From contig NW_003314276.1 of NCBI RefSeq assembly GCF_000143415.4, forward strand, positions 707,630 to 771,629: a stretch of DNA of 64,000 bases, given 5' to 3'. Shown here piece after piece: positions 14,067 to 26,560 of the stretch. Origin of the DNA: Selaginella moellendorffii (taxonomy: Eukaryota > Plantae > Lycopodiophyta). Position 1 is the first letter of the stretch; the number at the start of each line of letters is the position of its first letter. The notes below the pieces were generated by a model. That model was given only the letters and a program-made list of their open reading frames with translations. It made no database searches and was not told the DNA's origin. The position numbers and the translations under genes were made by a program.

Positions 14067-15212
14067 TGTAAGGAACCGACTCCCCAAGATGTCGTAGGCT
14101 AAAGGATCCCCAAAAGCTTGACCGAAATGACAAAGAGTTCATCGGATGGGACCAAGTCAAGGATCGAGTCCAAGACCGACTCTAGGACCGAGTTCGAGAT
14201 AGGGTCCGGAATCGAGTCCAAGACCGACTCGGGGACCGAGTTCGAGTCCGAGTTCGAGACGGAGTCCGAGATCCGAAATCGGGTCCGAGACCGAGTCCGA
14301 GGTCGAGTCCGAGGTCGGATCCGAGATCGGGTCCGAGATCGAGTCCGAGATCGAGTCCGAAACCAAATCCGAAGTCAGATCCGAAATCGGGTCCGAGATC
14401 GAGCCAGAGACTAAGTCCAAATACTAATACGGGTCAAGGGGTGAAAGCCCAAAGCGTGCGTCTCCCAGGGGGGGGGGGCTGCAGGGGGTTCCAAAAGTAT
14501 AGTAGGGATAGTGAGGTCCAGGAACCAGTTTTGAGGGGACTCTCCAGTTGGGCTTCCAAACCGACTCGAGGTTGGGACTGGGACCGAGGGGCCTTGGGTG
14601 GGAGTGAGCATGGACTTGGCTGGTGCCGGAGGGGCCATCCAAGGAAGTGCTCAAGAGCAGCTCCCACTCCCGAAAGGGAAACCGACTGCGGTGCTCCCGG
14701 CTCAGGTGGAGTGGTGCCCCACTTGAGTACCTTGTGGCTCATTGGTCCTCGCCCTTCCGGGGGCTTGGGCCTTCCCTTCGGGATGGAAGAGGGGGGGTAG
14801 AGGCACCCATATCGGGCCGTTAGGCCACGGTGTTTCGCCCCGACGTCCCGAAGCAAGTGCTGCACCCAAGACTTGGGATTTAGAGGGTCCCATGATCAAG
14901 TCTTGTGGTACCAAGGGGTGTTAGGAATCTGGAGGCTTGGTGTGCTTGGCTGCTTGTGCCTGCGGGGAGTGTAGCCGAACCTTAAGTCCAGTCTAACCCG
15001 GGGAGGGGGATTGGGAGAGATTTGGGAATCCGTAGATGGATGGCTAACACTCCGTTGCTCGTGCAGTGAGTAGCTGAAACCAAGTAGGACCAAGTAGGAG
15101 CTGGTACCATAGGCGAGAACCTTGGCGAGGGAACTTAGCATAAGCCAAGGCAGAGTTGGTTGGATAGACGAGGTAAGCTAGCAAATTGGAAAGGAAAAAT
15201 TTGTGGCTTACA
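14067..15212 (+). repeat. 5' LTR of gypsy copy B
   Basis: TGTAAGG...GCTTACA termini; GAGTCC/GAGATC hexamer array ~14160-14415. Confidence 0.95.
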
Positions 15213-15271
15213 ATTTGGTATCGGAGCCTCTTTCTCAGTTCTAGCGAAGGATAGAGGCGGATTGCTGGGAG

Positions 15272-16507
15272 ATGGCAAGGGCAGGACGTAAGCGAACCCA
15301 GGCAGAGACGGAACCTCCTCCAGAGCTGGAGCCTCCGGTCGAACAGGAGGCGATGGATGAGGAATCCTTGCATGAGGAGGACTCCAGTGAGGCAACTTCC
15401 AAACAGGAGTCTGGTGGTGAGGTTCGGTCGTCCAAGGCTCGATTGGATGTTCTAGAAGGACAATTGGCACAGACCAATGCCCTGCTAGAGACTCTCATAC
15501 GCAAGCTAAAGCGTGACGAGAAGCGAAAGACTACGGATGCTGGCAGCGTAGAAGGTGCGGACCCTTCGGCAGGGACTGAGGCAAAACGAGACAAGGTCGA
15601 ACATCAGGCAGTTCCCAAGTACAAACCAAAGCCCCCACCGGTCTTCAAGGGAGTGAACGACTATAAGGTGGTGGAGGATTGGTTTTACGATATGGAGGAC
15701 TACTTCCGAGCGTTGCGATTACCAAGCTCGGAGAAGGTCCCATGTGCAAAACCATACTTGGCAGATAATGCCAAGTCTTGGTGGAGAACGACAGAGGCCA
15801 ACGAAGGACCGGTGGCCACTTGGGAAATGATGAAGGCGAGGATCCGCGCAACTTACGTTCCTCCGAATGCTACTCTACATCTAAGGGACGAGCTGAGTAG
15901 GCTGAAGCAGACCGGAACCATTCAGGAGTATGTGAATGGGTTTATGGCAAAGAGGATACTTGTCACGGACATGGGGGATATGGATGCGTTCCATGCCTTC
16001 ATATCAGGTTTGCAAACCTGGGCTCGCGGCGAAGTAATGCGGTGGAACCCGACCAACTACAAAGAAGCGTTGGATGCAGCCATCAAGGTGCATTTCAACG
16101 ATAACCTGCTAAAGGGGAACACGACGGGGTCGGGATCCACGTTTAGCAAAGGGGCCAAACCAAGGGGAACGTTTAGCAGAGGGAAATTCAAGAAGAGTTT
16201 CTCTAAGAATGAGTCCTCGGGGTTCCGGAAAGGCAGATCCGGTGGCCAGCGAGCGAGTACGTGGGGGAGTCAGGCGAAAAGAGATAAACCCACGGATAAG
16301 AAGGTCAAGTCATATAGCAGCTTGGGAAACAACGTATGCTACAACTGCGGTGAAGCGGGACACTTCTCGAGGGAATGTCCCTACCCGAAGAAGGCCAGAG
16401 CCAATATGGCCATCAAGTCGGGCGAAGTCCAAAATGAGGTATGTGATCCAGTCCCTAACTCAAAGTTACTCATTACACGAGCAACTTTGGTAGAGAGTCG
16501 TTCGTGA
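15272..16507 (+). CDS. Gag with CCHC zinc knuckle
   Basis: 411-aa ORF with CYNCGEAGHFSREC and a retrotransposon-gag-like core (LKQTGTIQEY). Confidence 0.93.
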   Translation: MARAGRKRTQAETEPPPELEPPVEQEAMDEESLHEEDSSEATSKQESGGEVRSSKARLDVLEGQLAQTNALLETLIRKLKRDEKRKTTDAGSVEGADPSAGTEAKRDKVEHQAVPKYKPKPPPVFKGVNDYKVVEDWFYDMEDYFRALRLPSSEKVPCAKPYLADNAKSWWRTTEANEGPVATWEMMKARIRATYVPPNATLHLRDELSRLKQTGTIQEYVNGFMAKRILVTDMGDMDAFHAFISGLQTWARGEVMRWNPTNYKEALDAAIKVHFNDNLLKGNTTGSGSTFSKGAKPRGTFSRGKFKKSFSKNESSGFRKGRSGGQRASTWGSQAKRDKPTDKKVKSYSSLGNNVCYNCGEAGHFSRECPYPKKARANMAIKSGEVQNEVCDPVPNSKLLITRATLVESRS

Positions 16508-19247
16508 CATCTACTAGCCCTCCGAGGGAAGTTCGAAGGTAGCTTTGTTAAGATCCTTATTGACACGGGTGCTTCGGATAATTTTGTGGCTGCAGACATA
16601 GTCCGGCAAGCCGGACTAATGGTGCAGCGGCTAGGCGAACCAAGGACTATAGAGTTTGTTCAAGGTAGCCAAAGCACCGATGAGGTACTTCGACAAGCGA
16701 GAGTCGAAGTGGGGACTTGGAAGGTGGACATGGATTTCACCGTGTTGGACATGGCGGGATTTGACGTGATCTTCGGAATGGACTGGTTCAATCGATTCGT
16801 GGTAGCCCTGCATGGACAAGGTAGAAACCTTGTGGTACTGGCGAATGCCCAAGGAAGAAGATCTAGGGTGGAGGCCCAAGATCTAAAGGTAGGGCAAAGC
16901 AAGGCCAAAGATTCCTGCTTAAACCTGGTGTCCACGAGAGGACAACTCACTAAAGGAACTAAGGTGGCCTTTTTGTGCTTACTCTCGGTGAAGAGTGACA
17001 AAAAGACAGGAATGGAAGAAGTACCTTTAGTGATCCAGCGGGTGTTGGACCAATTCCAGGATACCATGCCGGAGGAGCTACTGGCGGGGCTACCCCCAGC
17101 ATGACCGATAGAACATAAGATTGAGCTAGTCGAGGGTGCTGAGGCAGTGGTTCGTCCCCCTTATCGTTTGAACGAAAAAGAACTCAAGGAGCTCAAGTGC
17201 CAACTAGAGGAGTTGGTGGACAAAGGGTATGTTAGGTTGAGCAAGTCGCCGTATGGGGCGCCGGTGTTATTTGTGAAAAAGAAAGATGGATCTATGCGCA
17301 TGTGCATAGACTACCGGTTGCTCAACAAGTATACAAAGAAGAACAAGTACCCTTTGCCAAGGATTGAGGACCTGTTCGATAGGTTGGGAAAGGCAAAATA
17401 CTTCTCGAGGATTGACCTAAGGTCAGGATACTACCAGATCAGGGTAGCCGAGGAAGATGTCGAGAAGACAACCTGTCGAACGAGGTATGGAAGCTTTGAG
17501 TTTCTGGTGATGCCCTTTGGGCTGTGCAATGCGCCGGCAACGTTTTCGGCGTTGATGAACCATATCTTTGTACCCTATCTGGATCACTTCGTGGTCGTCT
17601 ATATCGACGACATCCTGATCTATAGCGAGACGCTAGAGGAGCATGCCGAACACTTGGTGAAGGTGTTTGAGAAACTAAGGGAACACAAGCTGTATGCTAA
17701 AGAGAGCAAATGTGACTTTTCTCAACAAGAGGTAAAGTTTCTCGGGCATGTGGTGGGCCAGGACGGGCTCAAGGTGGACCCGGAGAAGGTCCAAGCGATC
17801 CAGGAATGGGAGCGACCAGCCAATGTACATGAGTTGAGGGCATTCCTGGGGCTATGCAACTACTATCGAAAGTTTATCAGACACTATTCGAGAGTAGCCC
17901 TGCCCTTAACGGACCAAACAGGAAAAGGGAAGATGGTGTGGACAGCGGAATGCGAGGCGGCATTCGTCCACCTCAAAGGGAAGTTGAGGAAGGCTCCCGT
18001 ATTGGCATTACCAGACTTTGGTAAGGACTTTGAGGTAGAAACGGATGCTTCGGACTTTGCGTTGGGCACAGTTTTGAAGCAAGACAACCATCCGGTAGCG
18101 TTCTTCTCGAAGAAGCTGGACAAGGCTCAACGGAAGTGGCCTGCCCACGAGAAGGAATTGTTTGCGGTGGTCAAGGCGCTCAAGGAGTGGCGACACTACC
18201 TTGGGAGACACTTCAAGGTTTACACGGACAATGTGGCAACGAAACACTTCTTGTCACAGCCCGACCTAAGAGGGAAACAAGGTCGGTGGGCCAATGCCTT
18301 GGCCGAGTTTGATTGCGAAATTCTGTACAAGCCTGGGAAGAGCAACATCGTGGCGGATGCGCTAAGTCGAAAAGCGAGCTTGAGGTTGGCAATATCCAGC
18401 GCAACAGCAACCTTCTGGGACGATGTATGGACAGCATATGAGAACGATGGTCTAGCACAAGAAGTGTTGCTGAGGAATCTAGAGGCGCGGGAAGCTCACC
18501 AGAGAGGTGAGCTGCCAACGGAAGAGAAAACGGGCTATGCAGAACGCAACGGACTCATTTATTACAAGCAAACGAGGGTGTATGTTCCAGAAGGGGAACT
18601 AAGGAAGGTGGCCTTAGAAGAGTGTCATGACGGACCTCTTGCGGGACACGGTGGAGTGCCCAAGACGATGGGCTTACTCAAAAGGAAGTACCATTGGCCA
18701 GATATGGCTAAGGACGTCCAAGACTATGTAAAGACATGTCCAACATGTCAGCAGGTAAAAGCCGTGACTAAGGCTAGTGGGGGCTTGTTGCAAAGCATCC
18801 CAATTCCAGATTGCCCGTGGAAATGTCTTACGATGGACTTCATCACGGGACTCCCTCCAAGCGAGGGGTTTGATGCGATATTCGTGGTGGTGGACCGATT
18901 TTCGAAAATGGCACACTTCATACCCACCACAACGGAGGTGGATGCGGAAGGTGTGGCAAAGCTGTTCTTTGAACAAGTGGTTCGAGTGCGGGGAAGACCG
19001 GAAGAGATCATCTCCGATCGAGATAAGATCTTCACCAGTAGGTTCTGGAGGACTCTCCTGGAACAGTATCGCACCAAGTTGAAATTCAGCACAGCCTATC
19101 ACCCATAGACAGGTATGGGGTATTGAGTCAAGTTGTGGGAACTAACACTTCTTGATAGACGGACAAACGGAAAGGGTGAATAGGCAGCTGGAGGATTATT
19201 TGCGATGCTATGTCTCGGGAGACCAGACCGATTGGGTAAGTCATTTG
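16508..19247 (+). pseudogene. Pol: aspartic protease, RT, RNase H, integrase (N-terminal part)
   Basis: [31 protein letters not shown] zinc finger, SDRD. In-frame stops at 17102-17104 and 19106-19108. Putative intron 19113-19158. Cut by the DNA transposon. Confidence 0.95.
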
Positions 19248-19689
19248 AAGCTCTATTTCGTTAAAGTGGGAATTGTCATTATCCTACTTGTAAAATAAGG
19301 TTTCCAAACCTTTATATAGTATATAAATATAACAAAATTCAACTGCATTGAGGCACATGCCATTTTATTTTAAACAAGGAAATGTCTACTCAATCACTTC
19401 TCCTCCCCCTGCCACTGCTTCACCTCTCTCTTCTCCTTATCATCGTCGTCCAATTTCTTTCCATCCTTTTAATATTGGCTCAGTTGCTCCGAGTTTAGGT
19501 GGAGCCCAAGTCCCCATTCAATCTTTACTTTCCCATTATTAATAAAACAACTTCGTAGACTTCCAATAACATGCTGTAACACTTCTAGTATAATGCAAAT
19601 CCTCTCAAAGAATTGTCTTTTAATATTAATACAATGGCATGGAACCCCATGCCATAATAAGTTACATTTTTAAATAAATATATGCCATC

Positions 19690-22600
19690 TCAGACTGTTA
19701 TTTTTTGCCTCCAACGCCTATACAATAATCTTGGAATTTCATCACTCTCCACACTATCAGGATTTAAACCCAATAGTAATGCCATCTCTTCTCTAATACG
19801 TCCACGCTCATGTTCAGTGGTCGAAGAACCCATCCGGTTGAGTAGATTATGGAGATGCGGATAGTGCTTGGCTAGACAATATACATGCCATAAATGATGA
19901 CTGGTGTCTGTCCGATCAAATGGCTTCTGATATACCGTTCCATCTGCCATTTGGTTGATTTCTGCAGCCACCTCCTGGACTGGCCGGTTCTCTATCACCA
20001 TCGCTCCAAGCCGTTTTGCAAGGTCCCCCAGAACATACAGTTTCTTCTCCCTAGTTTCCATACTGCAAGAGATGGGGTGCACTGCATATGTGTGCGTGTT
20101 CGCTGCAGTTTTAATCGGCGAGTCATCGATGATGAGGATTTCACTTGAGCTAGCAGTCCGGTTCATCACTACAGCCTCTGGCTTGACGAAGATGGGCTTG
20201 CTACCCCTCACATGGACCATAGTCAAGCAATCCTCCTGCGTTAGGAGAAAGTCAAATGGTAATATTACTCGCGTCTGATCGTGCATCATCTGTAGCAACG
20301 TTAATGCATTGTGGCGCATCATGGATGTCCAAACTCCCAATTGCAAATTGAACCCGGCCCTCTATTTTAAGTGTCGCATGGTCATTATTAGATCCCGCAG
20401 TTTCTCCCGTGTGATTAATGTGAATCTGTCTCTTTTGACCAACTTGCGACCGCAGGCTTTGGAGGGTGCAATGACATTCGAGGACGAGCCACGCTCATGG
20501 GAGAAAAGGACACCGTTCAGATCAAAAACGATACAGTACCTTCGCTGTGACTCTGAAATGAAATGCGTCAGCATAAAAAATGGTACAAGTCAATTTTACC
20601 ATCTACAATATTAGCGAATGTTGCTCCCGATGGTCGTTGAGAGGGTTTTGGTCAAGGAAACGTGAAGGGCGGAAATACTCTCCTCTGCAATGTGGGGTCA
20701 ATCGCATCCGATGGCATGTGGGCACATGCCATTTCAGCTGTAGACTCTGGTACAACTGGCTCAACAGTGGCATGGGGTGGCTCCGATGGCGTGTGATCAC
20801 ACGCCATTTCAGCTGGTGCCTCCGTTGGCAAAGTGGACATGACCGAACAGGCAGCAGGGGCGGTGTAGGGAGGTTCCAACGGCGCGTAGTCAGACGATTG
20901 GGCACACGTTGAGTTCGTTGGAAATGAGGATACGACCGGCTCGGCGGCTGGGGCGGCCTCATGTGGGTCCAATGGCGCCTGGTCACCGTCAGTTGGATAC
21001 GTGGACAAGATTGACTCAGTGGTATGGGCAGCATCAAGTGGAGCGTGGTCAGCTTGCTTGGCGTTGATATGGATAGTAGCCTCCACCAGCTCTGATGACT
21101 CTTGCAGCCAAGTAGAGTCCACTGGCGGATCCATATGCATGTCCAAATATCTCCCTTCGATTGAGATGGTATCCTCTCGTGCTACTAAAAACAAACTCAT
21201 TAGCACATTGAATCGACTATACTGTATTTACCATCAACTGCTATTGAGGAACTAGGACCGATATCACTTGGGCACACTGCTGATTCTGAAGGATTGGACA
21301 TACGTTTCGACCCTTGCTTGGCACTATCCTTCCTCGACACTAAAGGCTAGAGTTTGTAAATTCAACTGAATAATCTCTACTTACCATTTGCTCTGCGACC
21401 TACATGGACAATGTTAGAAATGGTAAAAGGTTAGGAATGGATGTACTATTATTTACCTGATGGTTTGTCTTGTATGACCTTCCTTCGCTGCTCTTTGGCC
21501 ACCTCAGGCTGGCCATCGTCGTCATCATCGTCGTCGTCGTTATTGTGATCGTCACCATTGTGAGGACCATCCAAGTCCTCTTCGTCCTCCTCTTCTTCGT
21601 CCTCCTCTTCTTTGTCCTCCTCTTCGTCCTTCTGCTCTTCCTGCTCATTATCTTTCTCTGGCTCCTCATCCCCCTCCTGCATTTCTTCCATAGGCTGCTC
21701 AGGCTGGATGGCTTGTTCTTCCAGGACCATCTTGGGAAAATCATCTGGCCGAGTCTCCATCTCAAAATACAAGACATCCATAGCCTGTTTTAGTGCGTGA
21801 CCTAGGACCGTATCCTCACCCGACTGTCTTAACATGGTTTCTGCACGTTCTTGCACCCTTCGAAGACGACAAGATGAGAAAAACGTGGCCCTGACTTGAA
21901 AAGCTTCCCTCATCCATTGTACCTCTCCATTGAGATTGGGGAAGGGGAGTCCGCCATAGGAATCTGAGTCATGAGGTGGTGACTGCCTGCTTTCACTCAG
22001 CCCTTGATCTGCAATGAATGGCATGAGCACACACGCCATAACCGCGAGGCATTACCTATCATCTTTTCGTTGCCCTTCTTCCTTTTCGAATCAAACGCCT
22101 CTGATCTCGATGACTGTCCAACGTGCTTTCACTTTTTATGACCACTGTCAGTTTGAGCTTGGCTGGTGCTTGCCTGTTTTGCCTTTGAAGAAGTTTCTCC
22201 TGCAAGGAATGGCATGAGACCACACGCCATTGCAAATATAATTTGTACCTCCTTTTTTCCTATTGCTTGTCTGTTTGTCCTTCTTCGATGCGCCACCAGT
22301 GCGCTTTTCAGTCCTCGTGTCTGAATATTCACAACGATCTATAATCAAAATGGCGTGAGGCCTCACGTGACCTTACCTTGTGCAGGTTGTGAGCTCGGCC
22401 CAACATGGGTATCTTCAACAGTAGCTGTTAACGCCGTTTCAGCATCTGGGGGTGGCCATGCTCCTGCATACAGAGCTTGTGAGATAACATTTAAACTTAA
22501 AGTGTGTACTCACCAGGTTCGCAGAGAAGATACTGTTTTTCTTTGGCAACTGTAATTATATGCTCCATTGAAGTCACCTCTTCAATGGAGTTTGTCACCG

Positions 22601-25309
22601 CAACACACGGGACACCCTTGAGTAGTGCGGCTCGAAAGAATAGTCCGCCGCAGTTGTACTCGACAACGCATTTGCCCTTGGAGTCGGAAGCAGGTGACCC
22701 ACCCGCTATTGCGTTGAAGACCCAGCTGAGCATTTCCCATGCTGCACCTAAAGCTTTCTTTGGATTCGAAAGCTCCATAGCCGTCTTCAGTTCCTCAGGC
22801 ACGGGTAAATTGACCTCCCTCAGATCAATTCGATTGGCCTTGTCGAACGAAGCTGGGAAGTCACTCTAGTCCCACTCTGCTGTAAGACCAATAACAAGGG
22901 CGAGTGTGAAGATGCGGACATTCGTCGGTATCTTCTTCTTAGCCATTATCCCATGGATCTCCCGCATCTCCTTGCCTTTCAACCGAGCCTTCACCTCGTT
23001 CAAGGCCTTCCAGAACTTGTGATAGGATTCGGAGTCGTAGATCATATAGTGGACTGAAGATTCCACCTCCGCAAGTCCCACCATTAAGTCAATGATGGAG
23101 CTGACTTCGTCTGCATGAGTGATCTCCTTGTTTGTGAAGTCCATCACACAAAAGATGTTCTTGACTTGCTCATCTCCGCGGGAAACGATGCTCCTCCACC
23201 TTTGATCCTCATCCGAATTCAAGTATACCCGGTAAGGTTCTCGATAGGCCTCTGCTGCGTGGTCGAGCTGTTTCTGAAGCCGACGGTCGACATCAATCTT
23301 AATGAAATTTGGATACTGATCCAACTTCTCAGCTTTACTTTTCGTGGCATCCCGCAGCAGATCGATGAACTTGGGGGCCCCCTTCACGTACTCGTCGATG
23401 TCTTCATTTGACAACTCCAGCGCTTCCATCATCTCTTGCGTGGTGTCGATGCTCACCCTCTCCACGGCCACTTGCTCGAAGATCCAATCCTTCAATAGCG
23501 CACGAGCTCTCAGAGTCGTGCACAAGTCCTCGTATGTCACAATATGGCCGGGAGTCATTTTGGTCTTGTTGAAGACTACCTCACCACGTAGAAGAGCATT
23601 AGCCACTGTCAGAAGGTCGTCGTCGTCTAGAGACCGCGAGAAACGCAAGGCGTTGAACTTCAAATCATTGGGCTTCCGGCCGTCCTCCACACCCATTGAG
23701 TTTGGCAACTCCCCGTCATGGTACCTCCTCAGCACATCTACCCATTTGTCAAAAACAACTTTTGTCGCGAGTAGAATGTTATGGATGCTGAGTGTATCAT
23801 TGACCCCCAGTGTTTTCGAGAGAAGACTCGAGAATTCCTACAATGGAAATGGCGTGAGGCCACATGCTATGCCACATGCAACGAGGCTTACCTGCCAGGC
23901 GCTAGTTGCTAGTGCACGTCCTTGTCCTGGTTTTTGTGGCTTCTTCAGTTGAACCCAGAGCTTCCGTGTTCGTGCCAATGTCTCGTGCAGACCCGATTTG
24001 TAGCACGTTTCTTGCTTGACATTCTGCGCGTGGGAGATGTATATGATAGATCGGAGGGGCGAGTTGCCTTTTATCAGGCAGACAACTCTTGTCTTGAAGA
24101 CTTTCTTCACCTCCTCGCCCACCATAATATCCACAACTATCTCTTGCATCGCCAAGCTAGAATGCTGCCCGGAGACGGCATAGAACCGGATGTTCTGATC
24201 GTCCAACACCTTCCTATTGATCAAGTCTGGAAACCTCGTCTCGCCCTTCATTGTTCGGTAGTAGGGGATCACGTCTGCGATGTCGGGTGTTACTGGACTT
24301 GCCAGCATCTTCTGCTTCAGTTTCTCCACCCACTCATTAGATACTAGCCTGTGGTTGTATTTGCTTTGGATGTCGATACGGCTCACGTCGATTGTATATA
24401 CTTTGTTGGAATAGTAACAAGTACTATTATCTGCGACGATTTTTGCTGCCTCTTCTTGCTCTTTCTGCTCTTTGCGGCTCTTCTTTTTGGTGGGTGTAGT
24501 GTTCGAACCCGAGGCAATGGCATCACCGAGTAGCTTCTTCTTTGGAGCAGGAGATTCGGACGTCGGCTTGAGCTTGACCACCCTTTTCTGCTTCGGGGTA
24601 GTTTCCAGATCGACCCCCTTCCCCTTCGCTTCGCGAACTGGAGGCACTCTCAATGGCTCAATGTTGGAATATAGTTTTTGAACATCGCCGTAGGTGAGGT
24701 CCGTGGATTCCATGTGATCTTCATAGACCCGCAGCGTCTTTGAAATTGTGGGCCTCCTGGACAACCTCTCCCTAGCTCCCTCTAGGAATTCCTCATAGCC
24801 GCTACCCCCCTCCGGGAAGCCGCTAGGATGTGCAAGGTGGATCTTGAAGGCAGACGCTGTCTCTACCACAAGTGCCAGTCCATATTCTTGCATGGAACTG
24901 CATGGAGTATCTGTCACTTGGATGAGGATCCCCATGCATTCTTTTCTCCCACCATCTGTGTTGTACAGCCTCAGATCCTCGCCTTCCATCCCGAAAGTCC
25001 AACTGGTGAGCTCCTCCCCCTTCTCTACATCCACATTGACAGTGGCTGGAAGAAGAACGCAATTCCTCGCCTGTTCAGAAATGCACAACAATTAGAGCTG
25101 ACAGATGAAAAGCTAGTAGCTGGAAATAACGTGAGGCCACACGCCATTCACCACTGCATCAGATGTCTTGAGGCTGCATCCTAAGATGGCGTGAGGCTAC
25201 ACGCCATCTGTAACCGGACTGCACTCGAGAGCCCAATCGGTGCATGCCAATGTTGCTACTGAATGGCATGTGGCCTCATGCCATTTTCTACTTGGCCTAA
25301 AAGACTTAC
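19690..25309 (-). pseudogene. Multi-exon transposon cargo gene: ParB-like + degenerate N6/N4-MTase-like + acidic linker + FCP1/HAD phosphatase-like
   Basis: ORFs 23838-25091, 22866-23735, 22497-22802, 21449-22039, 20652-21206, 20362-20574 and 19690-20346 join in frame through short GT-AG introns and a few single-codon stops. Motifs YAVSGQHSSLA, VVEYNCGGLFFRAALLKG, FDLNGVL...VWTS...LIIDDSPIK. 5' end uncertain. Confidence 0.7.
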
Positions 25310-26528
25310 CATTTGAAGCCGAATGGAGGCGTGACAACCGGACTCGCTAGCGAATGTGCACTGTGTGTGCAGCGGATCGTAGCAGCAAGGCTACTCTGCC
25401 ACTTACAGTTGGAGAGTGGCGCTGAAATCTCCCGGGACGCCAAGTGGGCTGCATGTGGGTGGCGGAGTGGGCGGCGGAGTTGGCGGCGAAGTTACAAACT
25501 GGGTGTGTCTTGAAGTGGACGCCGATGCACATGAGCGTGATGCGAGCGCGAGTGTGATGCAAGCGCGAGTGGACGCCGATGCACACGAGAAACCTGTAGA
25601 GAAGTGGGAGCGCGATGCGAGCGCGAGTACGAAGCAAAATGCAAAACCTAACCTCACACGCGCGAAATGTCACGACGGTTGGTAATCCCGCCACGTCATC
25701 ATTTCTCAGACTTGGGCGCCACCATTAATTTCTGGATCGGCGCGCGCATGTGTGAAATCCAAAAGAAATCCGCAACGTCATCATTCCTCGGACTGCATGC
25801 ACGCGAAATCCAAAAGAAAGATCATGATTGGGATATCATTTAATACCCTCGCTATATTTATACCATGCATGATTGGATATTCCAAAGCATCTTGTATTTC
25901 CAAAAATGCTAGATGTTCAGCTAAATAAATTGTTAGAGGATTTGATGTGACGTTCAAGCATGTGGGCTCATGCAATTTTGATCCCAAAAAATGCACCAAA
26001 AAATGCTCGGCGTCATCTGGCGTTATCTCTTGAATGGCGTGGGGCCGCATGCCATTTTCAGGAGCACATAGGAGTATATTCCTAGAATATTCTGACACGC
26101 GCGAGATTGTTTTGAGTTTCCTGGAGATCCAACCGTTAGATCGCAACTAGATTTTACAGAATGGTATACAATGTCCTTCTTGATGACCCTGAAAAGAAGC
26201 ATCTCGATCGGACACCACATGAGTCCACACGAGCCTTACAATGTTTCAGGGGCATTTGCCATAGATCCGACCGTTATTTTGCTCCAAGATTCTACAGTTT
26301 GGTGTGCATTGACCTTTCCATCGACACTGCAAAGGGACATCACAATCAGATGCGGGATCACAAGAAACCAACTTCACTAACTCTGGTTTCACCAAGATCT
26401 ACGTAAGGAGTTATGAAATGAAAGGACCCTCTCTATTGAAATGTGTTTATGGTCCTAGGGGCATTATGACATATCAAAGGATTTTGCATCAAGTTCTGTA
26501 TTTGCATGTTTATCAAGCTACTGAATTG

Positions 26529-26560
26529 CTAAACCCTAAACCCTAAACCCTAACCCTAAA
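26529..26560 (+). repeat. Short interstitial plant telomere-type repeat (CCCTAAA)n / telo-box cluster
   Basis: CTAAACCCTAAACCCTAAACCCTAACCCTAAA. Confidence 0.8.

Noticed and set aside
22497-25091. Bacterial contamination or prophage as the source of the ParB/MTase-like sequence
   Set aside because: The gene has spliceosomal introns and lies within TIRs and TSD inside a plant retroelement.
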